64,000 nucleotides of DNA. It comes from Lepidodermella squamata (lineage: Eukaryota > Animalia > Gastrotricha). The notes beneath the pieces are model-generated. The model was not told where the DNA came from, searched no databases, and worked only from the letters and a program-made list of their open reading frames with translations. This document shows positions 22,801-37,340 of this stretch, one piece after another. Location: contig JBLDXI010000020.1 in assembly GCA_047495785.1 (NCBI GenBank), positions 1,860,001 to 1,924,000 on the forward strand, read 5' to 3'. The stretch's first letter is position 1; every line of letters begins with the position of its first letter. The translations under genes and the position numbers were made by a program.

Positions 22801-25053
22801 TGTGCTGCAGTAATCTCCGGGAATAATTTATTTACACGGGCGCGCGATCCCTAGCGATTCATCTCATCACTCCCGCGCCTTTTTTGTATACATTTATTGT
22901 TATTTTCATTAATAGAGATAGGATGTAGTTGGCCTACTCAGCGCCCTAAATTTCGCAGTCACTCGGCTTTATGTTATTAGCCGGTTGCGCGCAAACTGCC
23001 AACAATCAACAATTCCTCGCCATATAGCTATAGCTCCAATATTTCAAGCCCGGGAGATTGTATACCAAGCTAGCTCTAGGAACACTAGGTATAATCCTTA
23101 CTGCTGCCTTAAAAATCAGCGCAAAACACGTGGATCGAGGGCGAGCTAAAAGGTAGTAGGATCCTTTAGTTATATAGGATTATATATTTTTCTAAAAATA
23201 CTTTCTATTTTTCTTCTACTGAAGCTAAATAGGTTTACCCAAGGTTTTAAATAAAGATGGCCCAATTCGCTCGAGGTTGTATTTTTCAGTGTTCATCAAT
23301 CAGCCATATAGGAAAACGAATAATTTTCTTTTATTTCTATATTTTTTGCTTATAAATAATTTTTCAAATTGAGGACGCGAAAATTCTCTTAGCAAGTGTA
23401 TTAATCCCCTTTTATCCTTTGGCTTATAAGTCGAGCAAATTTTTACCCATCGCACAGTGAGAGGCTATTATTATATATTAATAGAATAAAATCTTTTTCT
23501 TATCGATTTAACCGAAATTTTCTTCCCAATTAGCGACATGAAGTATGCCAGCAGCACGCAATACACCCGCCTGCGGTGACGAATTCAATTTTTAGTGTAT
23601 AATGCTTTATTCAATTTAAGATCACGGCTTTTTCTATCCTCGACACTGCTCAGCGAAATTTATTCCTAATAGGTTATCACACAAAAAATGTGCCTAGCGA
23701 TAAATTATAAATGCTAGCCTAGTATATTATAAGGATTGCGGTTTATTGTGCAGTAGAGCGTGAAAGATATTGATGATATAACAATCTGGCGGTTTTTCGG
23801 ATTAATTATAGCGACAATAATTTCGCCCCATCTCTCTTGCCTCTTAAGTGCCCATGCGCGCGTTGCTAAATTGATAAATAATTCCGGCGTAAATTTTTTG
23901 AGCTGGCGCAACGTCGTTATAATACCGCGCGCGCAACCCGACTGGCCGGCGGGCGCAGCGCGGAACCGGTGTTTTTATTATAACAACACGCGCACTTGTG
24001 TTCTGCGCGCCTCAATTGCCGAGGCGATTGATTGGTGGTAATATACGCGCGGCGATATTTGCGCTCGCGCTTGCGACAGTAAAGAGGCGTCCTGTTTTAA
24101 ATAGCAGCACGGCCATGCTGGCATTATCCGGCATTATATTGGCAAGTGGCGACGACGGGACATAAACGCGCGCATCATCCATAAATACATACTTAGGTAC
24201 TACTTATATTACCGAGTTGTCTATTAACAATTTTTCCATTTTTGTCGCTCGCCCATGTAAATAATGTATTAAGGCCGTATGATGTGGTGTTTATACGCAG
24301 AGGCAGCAAAAATCGAAAAACGGGGCCGACGAGTGGACGCGCGCGCGTGTTGTGCGCGGGGCTAAAAAATGTTAATTAGGTTTGAGGCGCTCATTTTCGG
24401 GTGCCATCTATCAACGTCTCCATCATCGCCATCATCATCATTACTTATACCAAAACATTTTAATTTCGCCTCGCTACCATTCGCTTCTCAGGCGGCAAAT
24501 CTTACGCCGAAAATGTAAATGAGAAAACTTGTTCGTAGCAAATCATCATTATCAGAAAAATAATATTTAAATATTCCACCACGATGATATAAATGTTTCC
24601 TGTTTGCCAACCAGCTATCACCGTATATCAATACAAACAAATATTAATTTTGTAGGCGGCGCTTCGCCCAGCTCGTTTCAGATAGCGTAAATTTTTTCTA
24701 CTAAATTTTACAATATTTTATTATCATTAGCTAAACGACTCGAGGCGTCAATTTTTTTTAGCGAATGAATATTTATTTTCTATTATAATTTATATTTATA
24801 CCGTTTTCTTTATAATAGAATATTTTGTGTATTTATTGGCGAGACAAGCTGGTTTGTAACACCCTGTGTTATGTCGTGACAAGCCGCCGTCGAAATATCC
24901 TGGCCGCTCTCATCATCGCCCGGCGCCGCGCTAAATAAGCGCGCGAGAAAAAAAAACAGAAAATTTTCAATCGTTGCGGAAATTTTTATACGGCAGAACG
25001 ATTATAGATCAACGACGAGAAGCCACGTGCGAGCGGCGAGTTTAAATGAATAA

Positions 25054-28000
25054 ATGATTTTTGAGGCATTCTTGGCAAGGTGCTGTCTAAAAGCAACACG
25101 CCAACAGCCTGCCGCTGCCAACTTAAAATGCTGGCCGTTGTCTTTAACCTGGATTTTCCTGCTGATTCACACCTCATTTTTACTTCTTTCAAGGTTAGGA
25201 ATTATCTCAAAATTTTTACTATTTTTTACGATTTATTTCTTAGATCCGTGGACGGAGCAGCGGCTCAAAAGCCTGCTAACAAAGCAGCCGCACCTAGTGG
25301 CCATTATCGAAGGTAAAAAATTGGTTATTTTTAGTTTTCATAACATCCGAAATTCATGTTGTAGCATAGCGCATGAATACAAAGTTTCGTCTCTAAATTT
25401 TTCGTCTATTTTTTTCTCACGATTTAATTTTGCCCTTTTTCATGTTCACTCCAATGTCTGTGTTGGACCAATTATTTTGTTGATAATTATAGCGGTCGAA
25501 GTGACGAGGTAACCATCTCTTTTAAAGAGTTGGAAGACGAGAAGCGGTCTCATTATCGACGGTAAAAATTGAAAATTTCATAGAAAATTTCAGATCTTTC
25601 ACTTTTTCGAGAATGTGTCTTCTTTATATATACCTACGTGTGATTTTTCATCATGAATGTTGTTCCACTTCAAGAGTTATCGTACCAACGTTAATCCCGT
25701 TTTGACAAAAAAAAATCTCACTTTTTCATCACGATTCCCGGGTCATGTTGAGTGATTTTTTTAAATATTTTATTGGCGCGAAAAAATAATTTTAAATTTT
25801 TTTAAATTTTTTAACAGAACTCAGTTCATCGAAAAGCTGTTTCATACTTATGATCGAAGAGTTCTTCCAAACCTTGATGGTTAGTTTTGAGATATTTGCT
25901 AATTATTTTATAATTTTTTGAAATTTTCAGGGCCAACCACTGTTAATTGTTCGCTGTTTATCAATAATTTCGACTCGATTTCCGAAGTCACCATGGATTA
26001 CGCCGTGGGTGTCTACCTGCGACAAGCGTGGGTCGATCCTCGTCTTAGGTTCGACCCGCTTCAGAACAACAACGAATCGCTAGTAACACTGGACGCGAAA
26101 TCATTCGACAAGCTATGGGTGCCTGATTTGTTTTTTACAAACGAAAAACGTGCCTCTTTTCATTCGATAACCGTTCCTAATCGTCTCATGTAAGAAAAAA
26201 ATGACCTAGTTATCGTTTTAGTCTATCGACAATTTTTGTGTTTGTCGAAAATCAGACGCCTTAATCCAGCCGGTACCGTGTTGTACAGTGTTCGGCTTTC
26301 GTTAACTCTCAGGTAAATCCTCGAAATAAATGTGTTTATTTCATGTGAATCCTTGCTTTTTCCGTTATACAGTTGTGTGATGGACCTTCGAAAGTTCCCG
26401 TTGGATAGCCAAGTTTGCACGATGATGATTGAAAGCTGTAAGTTACTATTTTTTATTGCACCTAATAATCTAGAACAATTAGCAATTTCCTTCCTGGATG
26501 TCTGTTGCTAAGGACGCATTAACACTTAGCATCTTAGCAACTGAGGTCAAAAAGCTAATAATCAAAAATTTCCGGGTAATACTTTTATAGTGCACTAAGT
26601 TATGAATAATTTAGTGTCCCAAAAAGTCACATTTTCGACAATTTTATGGTTGAATTGACTGACCGAAAATTCTCAGAGGAATGATTAGAGCTTATGATGG
26701 AAATCACGCGGAATTTTGGGGAAATCTTTTCGTATTATTAAAATTGATAATAAATTGTAGTAAAGTTTCTAAATAGCATCGTTTAGCCATAAATCACTGT
26801 TCCACTATGACCCTTCAAAGTTTTAACAATATAATTTCGTTTGATTTCCAATTGGGACATGATCATTCCGTTAAGAAAAAAATGACCGTTAATAACAAGG
26901 GAAAAGTGCGGTCTGGCGAAATTTTCGACATTTTGAGATTTCGATGGCGCTTTCAAGGTTAGTGAATGAGGAGTCGAACGATATAAAGAAAGAGGTTGAT
27001 AGTCATCAGGGTTACTGAGAAAATTGTCTTCAAAGTTTGAGGGCGCGGAAACTGCTAAAATTTCGCAAAATGCGCGCATGAAAAATCAAGTTTTTTATTG
27101 CATCAATTAAGAATTCGGTGCGCAATAAATTATTATGTTATTTCCTCATGCGCCTTTCGACATTTTTTGGGTCATCTGAGGTTAGGAGTCTAGCTAGATA
27201 TTCAAAAATTTTGATGGAAGCCTTTTCGGCGACTCATTCGGATATCCCGTCTTGGAGATGGATGGGGGCCTCCTAGAGGTGTGACTTCCCGCAATTCTAA
27301 ATCATCGAAAAAAACTGACCCAGAACATCTTTTGAACGGTGAAATGATTGTAAATTGAGTTTTTGTTAGTTAAGGAGGATTTTTAAATTCTTTTTATAAT
27401 TTTTTTCAGATGCATATACAACGGATAAAATCATCCTACAATGGCGATCCGACCCGCTCGAAGTGTCCGAAACGCTGATGATCCCGCAGTTCAACCTGCG
27501 GACGTTCGACTTTGCCGACTGCTCGAAGCGGTACGCGACGGGCAACTTCAGCTGCTTGAAAGCGAGCTTCTACCTCGACCGCGACGTCGGCTACTACATC
27601 ATCCAGACGTACCTGCCTAGCGTGCTCGTCGTCGTGCTGTCGTGGGTCGCCTTCTGGATCGACCCGACCGCCGTACCGGCGCGCGTCACCTTCGGTGTCT
27701 TCACTACGCTCATTCTTTCAACCATGTCGTCGAGCGTGCGCTCGACACTGCCGCGCGTCTCCTACGTCAAGGCCATCGACGTCTGGATGTCGGTGTGCAT
27801 GTTTTTCGTGTTCACTGCTCTCATCGAATATGCAATCGTCAACGTTGTGCTGCGCCAGAAGCCGAAGAAGCCGCCCAAGCCTGTTGTGCAGAGCAGCATA
27901 GCTCAGCAGAATATATCGTCGCCAGCCATGCGTGGCCGCCTCGCTACGACGGCCGTCACCGCCAGCCGCACCCCCCACGAGCCGACCAGCCCGGCGTCGT

Positions 28001-29373
28001 CGCACCTCCTATCGTCGCAAGGCGAGCCGTCCGATCACGGTGAAAGTATACGCTACCCGACTACGTCAGCCGCGGATGAGCGCAATAAAGCCTACTACCG
28101 GGGCAATGCAAGCAAACAGATAAGCAATAACAGCGAGGTGTGGATCCCGCTCGAAAACGTCGCAATGTCCTCCTTAAAGGTATAAAATAGATCTTTCACA
28201 AATAAATTTAACCTAGATATTGGGACATTGACCTATTAATTATTGAACAGTGTGTATCGCATGCAATTCAGCAGCCGAATTTTTGGGCGGAAAGTTTGAA
28301 AATAAGCTCTCAAAAATTAGTGACACATTAATTATTTAGAATGGGTCTAAATATTTACACCATCAAATTGGAACTAAATTTAAGCTTTTTAATTTTCCGA
28401 TATTATGTGTTTGATCGATATTTCCTTGTACGATCGATAATGACTTTTATTTGAAAATTTGAGAATATTTAACACCGTATTTGTTCTAATATTAACTTCG
28501 TCGCTAATAATCGCTCATCCCTAATAGGAACGAGGGGCTAGTCGTTCGAAACCTGAAAAATGAAAAATCCACCAACAATTAATTTTCGAATTTCCGAATT
28601 TCGGGATTGAAATTGTTATAGCCTGGCATGGGAATTATAGGAATAAATACGGTATTTCAAGAATCGATATTCAAAATCGATACCAGCTTTACAGCCTTAA
28701 ACCTCTTAACCTCTAAACTTGGAAAACCCATTAGTGCTGGAACCTTCAACTTTCCAATTTTTCCTAATTATTTACCGAATTTCTCCGCTCAATTATAAAA
28801 TCAAGGTAATATTTTTCGGTACTCAATTATTATCCGGACTTGGAGCTAAATTTTCAAAAACATGAATGACCTCGAAATTCGAAGAAAGACGGATACTGGA
28901 CCTTCAAAAGGTTCAATAAAAAGGTTCAGGATATAAACTAGCTGAAAACTGAATGCTGATTTATGAAGTATATTTTTTTGATAATTTTTTAGCATCAAGT
29001 TGTGCCGGAACATCAGGGAGAGACTTCGGTGCCCGTGCCGCCGCGAAGCATCCCGCCGAGCAGTCTGGCGTTGGCGCAGGGTGTCCCACCGGGCGGGATA
29101 GCCGGCGACGATCATCAGGAGACGATAACAAATGCTGCTGCTGCTGGTGGCCATGTACAGGTTGTAGACAACGATAACAATTTGCTGCTGATGCGCGGCC
29201 CATCGCACCCGTTGGACCTATGCTTCTATTGGCACCGAGCTATGACGCGCCTCTCCGAAATGGAGGGCAAGGAGAAGGGGCAAATGGTTGAGAATTGGGC
29301 GCGCAAAATTTTTCCACTCAGTTTCGGCTTTTTCAACGTCGTCTATTGGGTCGTCTATCTCTACTACATCTAA
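25054..29373 (+). CDS. Cys-loop anion channel subunit, glycine-receptor-like
   Basis: YDRRVLP, VYLRQAW, LWVPDLFF, CVMDLRKFPLDSQVC, CSKRYATGNFSC, PAR motif, LPRVSYVKAIDVW, M4. Start codon less certain. Confidence 0.93.
26882..27328 (+). repeat. Diverged interspersed repeat A, copy 2 (intronic)
   Basis: Similarity to 17193-17610. Confidence 0.85.
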
Positions 29374-32300
29374 AACATGAATACCTATACTTGCTTTAAT
29401 CTACAATCTACCCTTGAATTTGATCTTGGCGTATGGAAGGTGCTAATTTTCTCGATTTCTTCTGCTCTCTAAAACTGTTCGGAAAAAAACTAGCAACTTT
29501 TAGATCAATTATTAGAAGCGAAAATCATTGGAGATTATAATAGAAGTTCAACGCTGATATAGAATCTAACCCCAATTTTTCATTTGAATCTACTGAAAAC
29601 GGTTGTGCTAGTACTAATATATGAAATATAAAATATTTAGCGAAAAATTCCGGAAAGTCGCTCGCAATAATTATCGCTTATAATGACAGGAAATCTACTG
29701 CCTATTAATTAGTATTAAGACGGATTCTTTTGCCCGAATTCTTATATTTTACCCCAATTTTAATCGCGCGAATTTTCTTTTCGGCTTTGTTATTTCTGAT
29801 GATACCTACTATACCTTGATAAATCACAGCATCGATTGTTATCTCATCCGATTTTTTATTCACATCAATTAGGTGTACTATAATTTTTCTTCAGGAATAT
29901 TTGATATATAAGGCAGCGAACTCTTGTAATTCTATTTTTTTCTTACGCGATGATGGGACAGATGATGATTCTGAAAAAAATAAATCGGACTCGGCGACTC
30001 GAGGGGGACGTTGTTATTGTATCTTTTTTATCTGATTAAGCGTTTTGAAATAAATAACCCATTGTCCGATTTTCCCCCACGGAAATTTCAGGTCCAGCCG
30101 AGTACTCGATCGTGGCAATCAATTTCGCCCAATGATTTCCTGCCTTTTGTCAATTATTCAGCGAGGCCGGTCTCTATATAAAATGTAAAACAAATTATCG
30201 TGGTAATATTACTATAATATATATCACTATGTGTATAGGCCTTCAATATTTATCGAATATAATAGTAGAGAGGGAGCAGCCGTCGAAAAAAACCACGCTG
30301 CCAAATCAAACAGCATTTTGTTTAAATTGCCATACACCCTGCTATTTAAAAACCGACAAATCTAGCGCGCGTAGGAGGCGGTACCACTGATGATGACGAG
30401 GATGAAGGCTGCGAAACACCACCAGCAAGTATTGCTATGCTATATTTTCAACGACAAAAAATAATAAAACAACACGCAAATCGTGGTGTACTATATTTGC
30501 ATTGAAAGCCGGTTTTTCAAAAAGTTATAGCCAGTTGATAATTATTATGCCGCGGAAAATAATATAATGTCAACTGCTTGTTCTGCGTCAAACTACTAGC
30601 AAACACCGTGCCGATAGATTTGCATCTGATTATTTCTACTACTCTATAAAATTGTTTTCCTGGTTCAAAGAAACGACCTAAGGTTCCCTGGTGGTATAGC
30701 TGGCCAATTTATCCAGGCCCCAAAAGTCCATAATCACGCCTTTTTTGCATTTTATAAAGCGGAAAAATGACCTACCCAATTTTTTCATCTTTAGACAGTT
30801 CTATTATTACAAATTTTTCCGCATGCTGGAATTGAAAAGGTAACCATTTAGAATTTTCTAGCCAGTAGAAAAACTCCGTTATATTGTCTCTAGTCTGTCT
30901 TTAGATTCCGTCCAAGACGTGACTGATTTCACATTCATAAGGGTTGTTTATTTCGTTTTTTAGGTGGTTTATTAACGGTATCATCTATCAAACACGCATT
31001 ATTTTTTTTGGCGCGAATAATGTGTGCGCACCCTGTGAGCCGACTGTGGCTGCAATTTGAGATAAAATTGTCTGCTTGTAAATTGCATTAAAAGACCCGC
31101 GAAGACGCGCTTGACGCCGGGCCGAATATCCGATGTACAACAATATAACACGGCCGCGAATGTATCGCTTAAATCGATGAGCGCGCCCCAGAGTTCACAA
31201 GCCAAGTCATGTGATGCGCACGCAAAATCCGGGCGCGTGTGTTAGGGACCGCGTTAGGTTTCGCGTTCGCCTCAACGCTAATTTGAATATTAGCTCGCAA
31301 CGCCTGCGATGATTTATAGATAGATAATAGTATATGAAATGTAAATAAATTATATAGGGCGCCGGGTTGCGAGCGCGTGTGAAGATTTCGTTATACACGC
31401 GGTATAAGATGACATTTCGCTGAACCGTCGAAATGAACGCGCGCATCACACGCTTCACGTCAAATTTCACGGCGGCACCTTTTTGGCGCGCACGATTTCG
31501 AAAATCGCGCATTTTAAAATTATTATTACATGTCATGTTTTTCGGGCCATACACACAAGTGCATATCAATGAGAATAATTGCTCTTCTGGCAAAAGCACT
31601 TAATAATAATTTTTATTATCCAATGCGTTTAAAAACCGATTTTTATTACATATTATTTATTGCAGGCATATTTTCCGCTGGCATCAAAATGAAGGAAACG
31701 TGATTTATTTCGAACAGCGCGTGCGGTGTCTTATAAATTTTGCGGGCGCGCGCACGCAGTAGGCAATAATTTTTCCCATGGCGCGAGCGCTCAACTACCG
31801 CGCGCGAAATCACGCACGCGCATTATTAGGCTGGATCGCTCGATCGTTCACTTTGGTGCTTTTCGCTACTTTGTCAGTAGTAAGTAAGTAAGTAAGTAAT
31901 GTTTTTATCCGCGCCCAGGCAACAAACACACAGCTTAATAATAAACACGCCTGCGAATATAATGAAGCATATCTCAAAATTATATTGTTGTTATTATTTA
32001 TCGTTATATAAAAGTGACGCGAAGATTTTTCCGTATTACTCGTATAATGTATCTCTTCGCAAGCAATCGAACTTAACAAATCCGCGTGTAATAATAAGTT
32101 GATAATAAGCAGCAATTGAACTGCATTGTTTTCGCCTATATTTTTGTGTCCGATATTTACAAGTTTGTAGATGCCGCTGTTGTTGTTGTTGTTGTTCTAT
32201 TTGCGCAACGACTTTGCGCATAGCTTTGCATATTGTCCTGGCTGCATTTGTTTTTGCTGCTGCTGCTGCTCAGTTTGTGCGCGAGTAATACCTCCCTGAG

Positions 32301-33085
32301 TAATAATCTGCGGCGAAACGCTTTTGTAAAACGGAAACACCGCCGATTAACGGCGCGGCGGATTTTTCAACTCGCGTTAAAAATCGTGTAAACAATACAT
32401 ATTCGAACTTCTTGACTTTTCCGCAAGAATGTCAAACAAATAAAAACATTCGCTTTTTCGCCATTCACCACCTAGCGGCAAATTCTAATTAGCATTTACG
32501 AATTTTTTCACCTCTTGATATTTGCATATCATAAAGTAAGGCCGAAGTAAATATTTATGTCACATGCTTGCGTGGGACAAATGTAGCGCCCAAATTTCGA
32601 CCTTGATTCATCCAAATAAAAAATTTAGTAACCCTTAAATTGCCCCTAGACGTGTCCAACAAAAGTCGACCTAGATTACCTGCTTCATTATGACATTAGA
32701 TTAGTTTAATTTCAGTAAAAACCTGGTCATTTCTAAAAATAGATGGATCGAATGGCCTTTTTTTGCGAAATTCAAGGGTTCCACTCGCTGCATTTCGCTC
32801 CAATTTAATTAAAAATGAATCCCAGTTTGAAAAGGAATCCTGATTTGGTGCAATTTGTGGGACTAAATCATTCGAAATTCAGTCAACCGTGAACGTTTCG
32901 ATAACATGCACAATTTTTATTTTATTCTAATATATAAACCGCACGATATAATATAGGACAGATTAAAAAAAATATCGTCTCATCAAATTTCGGTATATAA
33001 AAATATACCGAAAATGCCGTAGCCATAGTTGACCGGCCAAGCGAGTTGTTTTGCTTTTATAACCCACGATCAATCAACACTAGAC

Positions 33086-36000
33086 ATGAGCAACTTCTTC
33101 GAATGTAAGTCATGTGTCATGTTATAATAATAACCTCCTATCTAGTGCATCTTATTATCGCGTAAAAAAATCTACATTATTTTTCTGTTTTTTTTTTAAC
33201 CAGCTTTGAGTAAGATTGTCTCTGAGCTAAACGCGGCCCTGTCGCAAGTTGCGAATCAAACAACCCTAGACGCGACAACAAGTGTCCCGGACTCTACCAC
33301 TGGCTATACCAGTACCCTTCTCGACCCGTCAAATGCGGTCGTAATACCTTCGCTACTACTGTCATCGAACAACAAATCGCCCCGTTATTTCGCCCCGAAC
33401 CACCAAATCACAGACCTATTCATGACAACGCAGCCTATGCCGTACTTTGAGCCGCGGTTCGTTCTGGTCACCAGCCACAACTACACGCCGTTGAATGACT
33501 CATCGTCGGCCTATGTCTTTCAACAGCAGCCGGAGTCTATTGTCGAGAATTTGCTGCGGATGTTGGTACCTAGCGACATGGGCCTGTTCGAAATCATCGT
33601 TCATCTCCTACTTCTGGTCATGTGCCTCGTTATCGGCGGTATCACCGTCTTCCTTAACGCCGTTGTTCTGCGATGTTTCGCGAAGGAACCGAGTGTTAGA
33701 ACGCCGTCGAATTATTTTATCATGTCCCTAGCTACCACGGACCTATCGATCGGGCTGTTATCGCTGCCGGTTTATACCATGTATTTGATATTGGAGGAAA
33801 AATGGCCGTTTGGGGCGGTTTTCTGCGATGTCTGGCTTGTTATAGACTACACGCTTTGCCTCGTTTCGCAATACACCGTTTTTGCAATAACCGTAGACAG
33901 GTAATTTATAAGAAAAACGGATTGAAAAAACCTCGACTATGAACTATTTGATGAGTTCAATTAATTAGGTAATTTTTAGGAATTTTAGGAAAATCGGGTA
34001 TTTAAGAATTTATTATTGGATCCGGGATATAGCGAAATCATTACCAAATTATTGAAGTACCAAACATCATTGAATTTCGTACCAAATTATTCTAATCAGT
34101 TCAAAACCCCATTTTTGAGACCCAGCCTTCAACCCTAACCTAACCCTAACCCTAACCCTAACCCTCACCAGTTAAATAACGATTAAAATGGTTAGGTATT
34201 AAATTAAATGAAATTAGTTACTGGTGTAAGATTTTCCCTTGGATCCTATAGGGTTTTTATTCTAGCTACATGGTGCCCTAAGCTACGCAGAAAATTTATC
34301 GATGTTGGGTTCCAAGACGGCTGATATCGGGAAAATCACTGATTTGTAAAATCGATACTTGGAATCAATATCGACTCTATAGGATGAAGTATAATTCGAA
34401 AATTGACCGCTCATAGCGCGAAATACGCGTAATATGAAGGTCGATCGGATAGGCATGATAACAAAAAATTTGGGATTCCAGTGAAGACTAGAAATTCGAA
34501 AAACCATATTTAGGGAAAATCTAGTGCTGGAGTCTCAAATTTAGCGCTGGAACCTTAAATTTAGGGTGCGCCCTTGACACACCCAAGAAAAAATCCAAAT
34601 AAATTCCGTAAAATTCTGCGCGAATTCTCTGGTCATTGCTCTGAGAATTTGGTTTAGTCATGAGTCATGATTTAATAAAACAAAATTGGATAAATTGAAC
34701 CTTTGTATAGTTGGAGTTTGGCTCCAATTTTAATTTTTTTGAGAAATTTTAATAAATTTTAATTTTAATTTTAAAATATATGGAGACCTCCGAGAAACTA
34801 GTTTAGGAAGGCTAAGTCATCTTACGCTAATCAGGAATTTTTTCATAACTTTTTTGACGCTCCATTTTGAATAAATTTGAAGCATTTTTCGAATGTTTTT
34901 GTTGAATTTAATCCGCTTCATTTTTCCCCAAGATTCTTTTCTGTGCGGTTTCCGGCAAAATACCACCGATGGCTGACCCAAAGCCGAGCTGGCTGGGCCA
35001 TCGCCGCGATATGGCTGCTATCGGCCGTTGTTTTCGGCTCAACAATCGTCGGCTGGCAATTTTTCGTCGGCGAACGCACCGTCCCGCCCGATCAGTGCTA
35101 CGTGCAATTCATCAGCAGTGCCTTCTTCAACATGATATTCGTTATAGGCTACTTTTGGAGCACCCTAGTTGTCATCGTCATTCTGTACGTTCAAATCGTG
35201 GTCATTGTATGGCGACGGTCGCAACGAACGCGACGAATCGCTGAATCTACCATGAAATCGTTACGCTCGAGTGGCGTTAGGGAAGATTCAACCAACGGAA
35301 CCCCCAGCCATTTCAGCACATTACTAGCCCCGACAGTCGACTGCGACGAGCCTAGTGCTATTAGCGAGGCGAATTTGACAGCGGAACCCGCAAAAAATCA
35401 GTCGTTTTTTTCCAGAATTTTCGAGCGAATTCTTCGAAAGCTTGGACGGAAAACTAAGGGGAAGCACGAAAACGGAGGGGTAAATGTCAATGTGAGCAGC
35501 CCGAATTCAGCTGAGGGTGGTTTGCTGCTTCGAACCACCTGGGACGCGAATGGCACAATCACGACATCGACGTCAACATCAAATTCGAGCCGAAATGGGA
35601 AAAAAGTAGGGCAATCGATTTTTTCATATTTATTTTTATCGATTTTTTGAAATTAAGGCTCGACCTGTTGCAATTCACGATGCCGAGGATTTGACGCCAG
35701 CTAAGCGTATGTCGACCTTGTCGCCTAATAATGGCACCGCTAGTAGCCAAGCTACGACACGGGATACAGATAGCGAGGACGAAGAGGACCATGCTGACGA
35801 AGTGAAAGACACTGTAGCTGATCTCGACAGCCCTGCTCATGATGCAAATAAGGAAAATGACGGCCATACGAGGGTCATTCATTCCGCAGTCGATATTCTT
35901 GCCGCTGATACTGCTCGAGCTGGTTACAGGTCAGTCAGAGTGAAAAAGTGGTGCTTGTTGACGTCACTAGCCATTATTACCACGTTGTTGCGCACAATTA

Positions 36001-36634
36001 GGTCATTCGTTTAATATGACCTATTTTCGAATGACTTTGACCCCATTTTGTATTTAGGTCATCAGTGCACTGTTATAATTATTGTTTGCTTTTGTTTTTA
36101 TTTTATTTTATCATTATCGACACTGCTTTAAACTGCGCACCCGTTTTGGCTTTGGTTGTTGTTTCAACTTCACTTGACGATGAAATTAAAAGACTTGCTT
36201 CGATTATGAATGTCAGCAGCCGGCCGTCGGATATCTGCAAGCAGATGCTGAACTACCGGCACGTGCGCGACAAGCACATGCGCCGCACTTTCATCATGGT
36301 TTCGCTCATTCTCGGCATCTTCGTGCTCACCTGGTCGCCGTTTCACATTCTCGCCATCGTCAAGGGCTTCTGCAACGACTGCGTGCCCAAGTCGCTATAC
36401 AACCTCACATATTGGTTCTGCTACCTGAACAGTCCAATTAGTAAGTTTAAAAAATGTGGGAAAAATCCGAAATAATTTTTAACAAATTTTTCAGACCCAA
36501 TTTGCTACGCCTTGCTGAACAAGAAGATTCGCGATGCATTCTACCGTGTTCTCCACCTAAATGTTGGCAAAAAGACGAGAACACTCTCGGCATTGGTCGT
36601 CTCGAAAAGTCAATCAAATAGTCAAGAAAAATGA
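33086..36634 (+). CDS. Class A aminergic GPCR, B-type muscarinic acetylcholine receptor-like
   Basis: NYFIMSLA, TM3 CDVWLVIDYTLCLVSQYTVFAITVDRF (as I recall, the mAChR-B/GAR-2-type signature), long ICL3, WSPFH, YWFCYLNSPINPICY. A first micro-exon at 33086-33104 is inferred. Confidence 0.88.
34131..34165 (-). repeat. Interstitial (TTAGGG)n-like tract in GPCR intron
   Basis: aaccct aacct (aaccct)x4. Confidence 0.9.
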
Positions 36635-37289
36635 TATCTGATTCTCAGATTTCTGTTATACGTGTACCTACAGCAGTGCAACTTTTAATCAAATTAAAAG
36701 ATTATTATTCGCGAATTTCATTTGATAAATTTAGCTTTATTTTTTTTTATAAAAAATATGAGAGAAAAAATTGACGTCACCACGTGCAATCAGGTATTTC
36801 GCCAGAGGACTTTTTTTAAGCTGGCTCTTTCTTCAGTCAGATACATTTTTTTATATAGCTTGCGAGTAATGTACATTCATCCTTTTTTCACTACGATGTC
36901 TGAACTTTTGATAGTCAGTTGATGCCGCTTTTTTCAAATCTTCATGTATAATAATTGCATTGTCTGTTCAAAAGTGCCTGAATTCTTACAAAACGATACA
37001 AGGCACAGATTACGTTGTAAAAATATGATAATATTTGAAGACGCTTTCTTATGCCGAAATTGAAATAAAATTTGAATTCTTCATTGGAGTGAATTTTGTT
37101 TGAGCGAACTTCATTCGGAATACCGGTTCATTATTTTCGAAAAATCTCTAATATTTCAAAATATTCTCTAAAATTTCAAAAACGAAGTGCCTATTATTTG
37201 TACATAATTATGTGGTACCTATATTTTGACTATTTGCGCATAATTTTTAAAAGTGAACATAGTTATTTCACGAATTTTTTGGGTTTTCC

Positions 37290-37340
37290 TGGTGTTAGGG
37301 TTAGGTTCAGGGTTAGGGCTGGGGTCGGGTTTAGTTTTGA
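37290..37340 (+). repeat. Degenerate TTAGGG tract related to 34105-34170, opposite orientation
   Basis: tggtgttagggttaggttcagggttagggctggggtc. Confidence 0.7.

Noticed and set aside
20481-24041. Short ORFs between the Cys-loop genes, and at 31-32 kb and 61.6-63.3 kb
   Set aside because: No motifs, no consistent splice structure, low-complexity composition; likely regulatory non-coding DNA.
27642-28123. Multiple overlapping ORFs in the GC-rich Cys-loop exon (similarly in kelch and snail exons)
   Set aside because: Alternative-frame or antisense by-products of high GC3.
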